Origin: Fastidiosibacter lacustris
GTDB lineage: Bacteria; Pseudomonadota; Gammaproteobacteria; Francisellales; Francisellaceae
Assembly: GCF_003428155.1 (NCBI RefSeq)
Contig: NZ_QLIR01000008.1
Coordinates: 30,001 to 62,000 of the forward strand
Direction: 5' to 3'
DNA length: 32,000 nucleotides
Numbering within the stretch: the first letter of the stretch is position 1; every line of letters starts with the position of its first letter. Below are positions 25,402 through 32,000 of the stretch, piece by piece. Made by a program: the position numbers and the translations under genes. Under the pieces are notes generated by a model. The model worked only from the letters and a program-made list of their open reading frames with translations. It was not told where the DNA came from and searched no databases.

Positions 25402-27808
25402 AAATGATCCCAACAGGGAAAATGAAGCACAGAAATATGATGATCCAATTCCAAGTCGTGATGTGATTTTGGCTTATCTTAAAGATTTAAATCAACCTAC
25501 AGTTTTTGAAAACATTGCCGAAGCGTTGTCACTTAAACGCAATCGACAACTTGATGCGCTTGCTAATCGCTTAGGGGCAATGACTCGAGATGAACAACTT
25601 GAACAAGATGGACAATATTTTAGATTGTTTAAACAAAAGCAACATATTGTTACGGGTATAGTACGCGTTGAAAATGATGGTAATGCCATTGTTACCACAG
25701 AAGATAAAATGTACAGTGCTTTCTTACCACAACACCAAGCAAAACTGGTGTTCAATGGTGATAAGGTCTGTGCTGTTATCCTTGGTTTAAATCGCAAACA
25801 CAAATTAGAAGCCAGAATTGACAGTATTATTCAACGCAATACAACGGAAATCATTGGTCGTTACAGCCAGCAGCTAGACAGCCATTTAATCCAGCCCGTT
25901 AGCAAAACTATGTCACGCCATATTTTATTACTACCTCCCAAAAAAGCGCTAGAACCTGATGCCCTGATTAAGGCTAAAGTGATTATTTACCCTTCACCCA
26001 TATCTCCAGCAGTAGCTGAATTTACTGAATTGCTTGAAGAACAATCCCCTATTCTCACTGCTATTTCGATTGCAAGTAGAAAGCACAATCTAATTGAAGC
26101 ATGGTCTAAAAAAACCGAAAAATTTGTTACTACGCTACCACAACAGGTGCTGCCTGATGAAATCATTGAGCGTGTTGATTTACGCCACTTGCCGTTTGTC
26201 ACAATAGACGGTGAAGATGCAAAAGACTTTGATGACGCGGTTTATGCACATAAAAGCTCAACTGATGGTTGGAAATTATACGTTGCGATTGCAGATGTCT
26301 CTTACTATGTTCGAGCTGATTCTACCTTAGATAAAGATGCTCAAAGTCGGTCAACTTCTGTATATTTTCCTGGCTATGTTATTCCGATGTTGCCAGAAAA
26401 GATTTCTAACGAACTTTGTTCTTTAAAGCCTAACGTTGATCGTTTAGCATTGATCTGTGAAATGAACATCAGTCAAAGTGCTCGCCTGTCACGTTATAAA
26501 TTTTATTCTGGAGTGATTAACTCTAAGGCACGCCTAACTTATACTGAAGTTAGCAAACTTTTAAATCATAAAGAGTCACATATTTACTACCAACAACCTG
26601 AACTTGTCCCAAACCTTTTTGACTTATATGACTTATATCAAATACTTGCCAAGGCACGAAAAATAAGAGGTGCGATTGATTTTGATAAGGTTGAAACTCA
26701 AATTATTCTTAATGAACATAACCATATCGAGGCTATTGTTCCACGTCAACGCAATCAAGCTCATAAAGTAATTGAAGAATGTATGTTGATGGCTAACGTC
26801 GCAACAGCCAAATTTATTGAAAAACACAAAGCACATGCACCATTTCGTGTACATGGCGCACCTCCGAGTGGCAAAATTGAGGATCTGAGAGCCTATTTAC
26901 ACTCCTTAGGGATTAGTTTTAAACCTAACAAGAAAGGAGTTACTTCTGCTGACTATAGCCACATGCTCGAACAAGCTAAAGATCGAGAAGACTTTGCCAA
27001 TATCCAATTGATGACCTTAAAAAGCATGAATCAGGCAATTTACACACCTGACAATCAAGGGCATTTTGGTTTAGCCTACCCTGCTTATACTCATTTCACA
27101 TCACCTATTCGTCGCTATCCTGACTTATTGACTCATCGCACTATTAAATCGATTATTAGTGAGAAAAAATTTGGTGCTAAAAGTTATACCCATACTCAAT
27201 TAAATGAGCTTTGCTCTCATGCTTCAAACCAAGAACGCAATGCAGATTCTGCATCCACGGATGTTGAAAAATGGCTAAAATGTCACTTTCTTCACAACCG
27301 TATTGGTGAACTGTTTGCTGGCAAAATTGTTCATGTCACTGGATTCGGAATGTATGTTGAATTGATAGACAACTACATCGAAGGGCTTGTGCATATCTCT
27401 ACTATGCATAGTGATTATTATATCTTTGACGAAGCACAACATCGTCTTATTGGTCAACGTACTAAAGTTAGCTATAGCATAGGACAAAAAGTACAAGTGC
27501 AACTCGTTCGTGTTAACTTAGATGAAATGCAAATTGATTTTGAACTCACATTAAATGGCAAAGGTCGAAGCAACATTCATGAACAAAATCACAATCCACA
27601 CCTAAAACGTAAGGCACGCATCAAATCGAGTGAAATTAAAGCCGCAGCTAAGTGCGCACGTAAAAAACTAGCAACCAATAGAAAGGTTGAACCTATAAAA
27701 TTAATTGATTTAAAATCATCCAATTCTCAAAAAACTAAAAAGAAAAAGACTAACATTGGCAAGAACATCCGTAAAAAGCCCAATTCAAAACCAACAATAA
27801 TTGATTAA
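25379..27808 (+). CDS. rnr: Ribonuclease R
   Basis: N-terminus EAQKYDDPIPSRDVIL parallels E. coli RNase R EAEKYANPIPSREFIL. RNB domain (TIDGEDAKDFDDAV, HFGL..YTHFTSPIRRYPDL), S1 domain, Lys-rich tail. 23-nt overlap with truB. Confidence 0.95.
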   Translation: MGTKYTIKNDPNRENEAQKYDDPIPSRDVILAYLKDLNQPTVFENIAEALSLKRNRQLDALANRLGAMTRDEQLEQDGQYFRLFKQKQHIVTGIVRVENDGNAIVTTEDKMYSAFLPQHQAKLVFNGDKVCAVILGLNRKHKLEARIDSIIQRNTTEIIGRYSQQLDSHLIQPVSKTMSRHILLLPPKKALEPDALIKAKVIIYPSPISPAVAEFTELLEEQSPILTAISIASRKHNLIEAWSKKTEKFVTTLPQQVLPDEIIERVDLRHLPFVTIDGEDAKDFDDAVYAHKSSTDGWKLYVAIADVSYYVRADSTLDKDAQSRSTSVYFPGYVIPMLPEKISNELCSLKPNVDRLALICEMNISQSARLSRYKFYSGVINSKARLTYTEVSKLLNHKESHIYYQQPELVPNLFDLYDLYQILAKARKIRGAIDFDKVETQIILNEHNHIEAIVPRQRNQAHKVIEECMLMANVATAKFIEKHKAHAPFRVHGAPPSGKIEDLRAYLHSLGISFKPNKKGVTSADYSHMLEQAKDREDFANIQLMTLKSMNQAIYTPDNQGHFGLAYPAYTHFTSPIRRYPDLLTHRTIKSIISEKKFGAKSYTHTQLNELCSHASNQERNADSASTDVEKWLKCHFLHNRIGELFAGKIVHVTGFGMYVELIDNYIEGLVHISTMHSDYYIFDEAQHRLIGQRTKVSYSIGQKVQVQLVRVNLDEMQIDFELTLNGKGRSNIHEQNHNPHLKRKARIKSSEIKAAAKCARKKLATNRKVEPIKLIDLKSSNSQKTKKKKTNIGKNIRKKPNSKPTIID

Positions 27809-27884
27809 TTAAGGTTTTTTGTATATTTACACGCGCTTTAAAATAACACACAATGAGAGTCTATTAATCATAGAGAATAAAAAT

Positions 27885-28541
27885 ATGACGATGAAACTCT
27901 ATCTTTATCAACACTGTCCCTTTTGTATTCGCCCACGTATTGTAGCAGGCTTTAAAAAAATTCCACTTGAGCTTATTTTTCTTGCTAATGATGATGAGAA
28001 AGCACATCTGGATTTAATTGGGAAAAAACAAGTTCCCTTTTTGCAAAAAGAAAATGGTAATTTTTTAATCGAAAGTCTGGATATTTGCCAATATCTGAAT
28101 AACTTTGATAGAAAGCCAATATTGAGCCAAGAAATAGTCACTACAGACACACTTATCAAACTTATCAGCGATATAAACAATGCCAGTAAGTCAGTTGTTT
28201 ATCCACGCTTTATTAACCATCCACAAAATCACCAAGATTTTCCAACGCAAAGTGCCAAAGACTATTTTGAACATAAAAAAGAAAAATATATTGGTTGTTT
28301 CAAAGCAAATTTGCGCTTTCCACAAGCGTCTATCGATAAAACAACTCCATTGCTAGATGTACTCAACACATTCCTTACTCATCCATTTGCCAGCGGTGAT
28401 CAACTGTCTTGGGATGATATTATGCTCTTTCCAGTCTTACGCAACTTAACCATTATTCAGGATTTAATTACCATACCTAGTAAAGTCAAGCATTACATCA
28501 AGAACATTTGCCAATTAACGGGTATTCAACCCTATCAATGA
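27885..28541 (+). CDS. grxB: Glutaredoxin 2
   Basis: MKLYLYQHCPFCIRPRIVAG...GKKQVPFLQK...LFPVLRNLT parallels E. coli Grx2 MKLYIYDHCPYCLKARMIFG...GQKQVPILQK...LFPLLRNLT. Start at ATG 27885 or 27891. Confidence 0.9.
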   Translation: MTMKLYLYQHCPFCIRPRIVAGFKKIPLELIFLANDDEKAHLDLIGKKQVPFLQKENGNFLIESLDICQYLNNFDRKPILSQEIVTTDTLIKLISDINNASKSVVYPRFINHPQNHQDFPTQSAKDYFEHKKEKYIGCFKANLRFPQASIDKTTPLLDVLNTFLTHPFASGDQLSWDDIMLFPVLRNLTIIQDLITIPSKVKHYIKNICQLTGIQPYQ

Positions 28542-28544
28542 AAG

Positions 28545-29009
28545 CTATCCAATATCCTGTCGTAAGTTGTTGCAAGTCTGCACTGCAAGGTCCAATCCAT
28601 AACCTTGACGCAATAAATATTGAATACGCTTTTGTTTATCTTTTAAATCAGTGATGGGTTGATCATGATATTTTTCCCGATAACATAGTCTAGCTTCTTT
28701 AACCCAATCGATTTCAAGTAAAGATAATACCTTGCCTAACGTCGCAGGATCCACACCTTTTTCATATATAAGTTTTTGTTGAATCCGTAGCAATCCATAA
28801 TGCTTATTAAGACAGCTTGATACAACCATATGAGCATAGCGCAAATCAGACTGCCAACCGTTTTGAATAAACTCATCTAGTAAAGACTCTATTTGCTCTA
28901 ATGATAAATTTCCTCGAAGCTTAAGCTTTTGCTTAAGTTGTGCATACGAATAATCTTGCTTTGCTAAAAGATAAAGAAGATAAACTCGCTCAGAGTTGGT
29001 CTTTTGCAT
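28545..29009 (-). CDS. recX: RecA regulator RecX
   Basis: 154 aa, immediately downstream of and overlapping recA by 20 nt. Helical-repeat-like sequence ([17 protein letters not shown]...). Canonical recA-recX arrangement. Confidence 0.85.
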   Translation of the reverse strand: MQKTNSERVYLLYLLAKQDYSYAQLKQKLKLRGNLSLEQIESLLDEFIQNGWQSDLRYAHMVVSSCLNKHYGLLRIQQKLIYEKGVDPATLGKVLSLLEIDWVKEARLCYREKYHDQPITDLKDKQKRIQYLLRQGYGLDLAVQTCNNLRQDIG

Positions 29010-30024
29010 CGTTAACGACAGATTGGTTTTTAGTTACGTTTGGCAATAGTTGTTCCAAGATGGTTTTATGTAAGCTCTCTTTTATTGTCAGATTTTCTTT
29101 TAAATATGCCCGCACATTATCCTTGCCTTGACCAATACGCTCTCCATTATAGCTATACCAAGCACCTGCTTTATCTATAATATTATACTTAACACCTAAA
29201 TCAATAAGCTCGCCTTCAAGCGAAGTTCCTTCACCATACAAAATATCAAAATCCGCTTGCTTAAATGGTGGAGAAACCTTATTTTTAACGACTTTCACCT
29301 TAGTCTCATTACCTAAAATTTCCTCCCCTTTTTTAATGGGACTACCACGTTTTATTTCTAAACGAACAGAAGCATAAAACTTAAGTGCATTACCCCCTGT
29401 CGTTGTTTCAGGATTACCAAACATTACACCAATTTTCATTCGAATTTGGTTAATAAACACTACCAGTGTATTAGAACGCTTGATATTGGCCGTAAGCTTA
29501 CGTAAGGCTTGTGACATTAAACGTGCCTGTAATCCCATGTGTGAATCACCCATTTCGCCCTCGATTTCTGCTTTTGGTGTCAACGCAGCAACAGAATCAA
29601 TTACCACGATATCAACTGCACCTGAACGCACCAACATATCAACAATCTCTAACGCCTGCTCTCCTGTATCTGGTTGCGAAACTATGAGATTTTTAAGATC
29701 AACTCCTAATGCTTCGGCATAAACAGGATCAAGTGCATGTTCCGCATCGACAAACGCGGCCGTACCACCATTTTTTTGACATTGTGCAATCGCTTGTAAA
29801 GTTAAAGTTGTTTTACCTGAAGACTCCGAACCATATATTTCAACAACGCGCCCTTTTGGTAAACCGCCAACACCAAGAGCAACGTCTAATCCAATCGAAC
29901 CAGTTGAAATCACTTCAATGTCTTTGACTAAATCTGTGTCCCCCATGCGCATAATGGAGCCTTTCCCAAATTGCCTTTCAATCTGTGTCAATGCGGAATT
30001 TAATGCCTGTTCTTTATTGCTCAT
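28990..30024 (-). CDS. recA: Recombinase A
   Basis: [19 protein letters not shown], Walker [34 protein letters not shown]. Confidence 0.98.
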   Translation of the reverse strand: MSNKEQALNSALTQIERQFGKGSIMRMGDTDLVKDIEVISTGSIGLDVALGVGGLPKGRVVEIYGSESSGKTTLTLQAIAQCQKNGGTAAFVDAEHALDPVYAEALGVDLKNLIVSQPDTGEQALEIVDMLVRSGAVDIVVIDSVAALTPKAEIEGEMGDSHMGLQARLMSQALRKLTANIKRSNTLVVFINQIRMKIGVMFGNPETTTGGNALKFYASVRLEIKRGSPIKKGEEILGNETKVKVVKNKVSPPFKQADFDILYGEGTSLEGELIDLGVKYNIIDKAGAWYSYNGERIGQGKDNVRAYLKENLTIKESLHKTILEQLLPNVTKNQSVVNDAKDQL

Positions 30025-30133
30025 GACTACCCTTAATGTAATGAAACTGACGAGATAAAAATATCGACTTAATGTACCATATTATGCGTGGCGAACAAAA
30101 GAGATATAGAAGAAATCAGTGTGATTTTATATG

Positions 30134-31120
30134 TCATAGCTTTACAGTATTAAAATCGATTAAAATATCGTTGATTAAATCAAAAATGTCAGCGCATCGA
30201 TTAGGGTGATTATTGAAGTCTGATCTCTTAAGACAATCAAGCAGAGATAATAAATTCAATAGGTTTAAAGTTCTACGCCAATTCCCAAGTAATTTAATCC
30301 CACCATCCCTCAATCCATTTAGAAAAGTAGTTTGAAACTCTGATGGCATTTTATGAGCGTATCTAAGCATGTTAGCAACATCCCATAGAACTGATCCTGA
30401 AAAAGCGAATTCCCAATCTAAAATACCAACCACTTTCCAAACACCATTAATTTTGTCTACCAAAATATTTGCTGGATCGAAATCGCCATGAACAAGATTT
30501 TTTTCGCTTTCCCTAGGGAACATATAGCTGTATTGACTAAAAATTTCGTTAATTACTGAAATCATTGCTGGCGTAAGCACAGATAAAATGGTTTCATGCT
30601 TTAAGCAATCTTGAGCAAAACTCAAATAATCATTAGATGATTCATGAGGAATAACTCTTAATTTTTTATCCAAGAATCCTGCTTGTGGAAATTCATAAGA
30701 TGCAATTTTTGAAAGAATTATGCCTACCTTATAGATGATTAGGCTGATCTCATGTGAAGCATCCCTCCTTAACAAAAGATCTCGAAGAGAAATTCCTGGC
30801 ATAAACTCAGTAATTGCAAAACTATACTTTTCAAGTATGCCTGTATAATACGTCAGTGGTACTGGTATATTTTGTTTTAATAATGTTGCTAATTTTTGCT
30901 CACGGTAAACCGCGTCCCTATCGCGCAAATAAAGACGCAAAATTAAAGGTTGTTTTTTATCTTCAAGTAGAAACTTGATGTTAAGGTTAGCACAACCACC
31001 AGCGGTGAACTGAAAAGAATTGAGCTTTTGGTCGGGATAGGCAAGCCGTACCATTTTTTCTATAACACCTTCTGATAATTCATGTGTAATGCTTGTTTTT
31101 TCCCAATTAGCTTTAAACAT
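30134..31120 (-). CDS. Phosphotransferase enzyme family protein (APH / choline-kinase-like small-molecule kinase); substrate unknown
   Basis: Brenner-type catalytic loop LVHGDFDPANILV and metal-binding ILDWEFAFSG. GGAG SD upstream of ATG 31120. Confidence 0.7.
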   Translation of the reverse strand: MFKANWEKTSITHELSEGVIEKMVRLAYPDQKLNSFQFTAGGCANLNIKFLLEDKKQPLILRLYLRDRDAVYREQKLATLLKQNIPVPLTYYTGILEKYSFAITEFMPGISLRDLLLRRDASHEISLIIYKVGIILSKIASYEFPQAGFLDKKLRVIPHESSNDYLSFAQDCLKHETILSVLTPAMISVINEIFSQYSYMFPRESEKNLVHGDFDPANILVDKINGVWKVVGILDWEFAFSGSVLWDVANMLRYAHKMPSEFQTTFLNGLRDGGIKLLGNWRRTLNLLNLLSLLDCLKRSDFNNHPNRCADIFDLINDILIDFNTVKL

Positions 31121-31440
31121 ATTACAGACTCCGTTTTAAACACTAACCTACCCCGCGCATTTGAGACACTTTTGAATTTTCAACTCCATCATATTTTCCA
31201 ACTGTTTTGAAGTCATGTAATTTATTGGTCAGGATAAACGGGTAATATTGTCTTTTAGAAATTATCAAATAAATCACTCATAATTTAACAAATACAAAAA
31301 TCTTATCACTTGTTACCTTTTCTCTACAAATCAATAGATATTTGTCTCATTTACTGCCAAAATAAATTAAAATGATTGAGGTTGCAACTAATCTATAGCC
31401 ATTTACATTCAGCTAGCTATTAGCTTCATACAAACTAAAG

Positions 31441-31830
31441 TTAAACGCGACAAAAAGAAATATTGTAGCTTGTTGCCTGTGGTGTTGGAGCACTAAATGT
31501 TATGGTTTTTTGCAAGTCTCCATACAGTTCAACTGGCGTCCATGGTTGTAACTGCCCCACATTAAATCCATTTTTATCTAGCCATTGCACCTGGTATTGA
31601 AATTGCTGGTTGGACGATTTTTTATTCTCTACGATCACTTGCCCTTGCAGCGTATCACCAGCAGAAGTTCTTGTACTTAACTGAATAGCCTTTAACTGAC
31701 CAAAACCTGAGCCAAAGCTCTGTGATGTATTGGCATTTGCAGGCATGGTAATACAGCGACTTGCACATCCTGTTAATACCATTACCATCACTCCCACAAA
31801 ACCCACATTCTTCAAACTTCTGACATTCAT
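31441..31830 (-). CDS. YcfL-like (DUF1425) lipoprotein
   Basis: Start placed at ATG 31830, 7 nt after AGGAG. Signal peptide with lipobox VLTGC. Beta-rich C-terminal region (QYQVQWLDKNGFNV) reminiscent of YcfL-family periplasmic lipoproteins. Confidence 0.55.
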   Translation of the reverse strand: MNVRSLKNVGFVGVMVMVLTGCASRCITMPANANTSQSFGSGFGQLKAIQLSTRTSAGDTLQGQVIVENKKSSNQQFQYQVQWLDKNGFNVGQLQPWTPVELYGDLQKTITFSAPTPQATSYNISFCRV

Positions 31831-31860
31831 GCTAGTCTCCTGTTTTATTGACATCTTTTA

Positions 31861-32000
31861 CTACTCAGACAAGAAACTCTTTAGCGTTTCTGAACGTGAT
31901 GGATGTCTAAGTTTACGTAACGCCTTAGCTTCAATCTGACGAATACGCTCGCGTGTCACGTCAAACTGCTTACCTACTTCCTCTAAAGTGTGATCGGTAT
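31861..32000 (-). CDS. rpoD: RNA polymerase sigma-70, C-terminal region 4.2 (5' part outside window)
   Basis: My reverse-strand translation is [45 protein letters not shown]. It is nearly identical to the E. coli RpoD C-terminus (...RHPSRSEVLRSFLDD). This ORF is not in the track because the fragment is under 60 aa. Confidence 0.9.
   Translation of the reverse strand, partial: TDHTLEEVGKQFDVTRERIRQIEAKALRKLRHPSRSETLKSFLSE

Noticed and set aside
27788-27825. Possible terminator after rnr (AAAACC...GGTTTT followed by T-run)
   Set aside because: The stem is only 6 bp with an approximately 20-nt loop, and part of it lies in the coding sequence. It is too weak to call.
30025-30133. Search for a LexA SOS box (CTGT-N8-ACAG) upstream of recA
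   Set aside because: No such motif is visible on either strand. The lineage may lack LexA-type control, so no regulatory feature is called.
1-32000. Mobile elements, prophage, CRISPR, toxin-antitoxin or defence islands
   Set aside because: I recognised no transposase, integrase, recombinase, Cas, restriction or abortive-infection-like ORFs. There are no repeat-spacer arrays and no tRNA/tmRNA integration targets. The only repeat is the 22-bp duplication at 12801-12844.

Overview
Dense, AT-rich gammaproteobacterial chromosomal window, roughly mid-30s %GC by eye. RecA, Grx2 and the RpoD tail look Thiotrichales/Legionellales-like, but I cannot assign a genus. I saw no rRNA, tRNA, CRISPR, transposase, integrase or phage genes. 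Left to right: glnE 3' end; a complete biotin locus (bioD-C-H-F-B on the minus strand, divergent bioA); an rlmI-like methyltransferase and mutM; a very low-GC islet (71-aa orphan ORF plus a HAD-IIB phosphatase); a two-gene operon pairing a GshB-type ATP-grasp ligase with a fused N-formylglutamate-amidohydrolase + DUF1704/QEGLA (MATCAP-type) peptidase; rnhB-trmJ and divergent suhB-rsmB; a four-gene cyanophycin operon (cphA, a cphA paralogue lacking the ATP-grasp G domain, cphB, isoaspartyl peptidase); a 352-nt divergent intergenic region holding a GC-rich foldable element; lepB-rnc-truB-rnr; grxB; recX-recA; an APH-family kinase; a YcfL-like lipoprotein; rpoD 3' end. Best follow-up candidates: (1) the ATP-grasp / FGase-DUF1704 pair, a possible ligate-and-trim system with no defined substrate; (2) the N+M-only cyanophycin synthetase paralogue; (3) the GC-rich element between cphA and lepB. 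All family calls come from motif recognition by eye. No database search was run.
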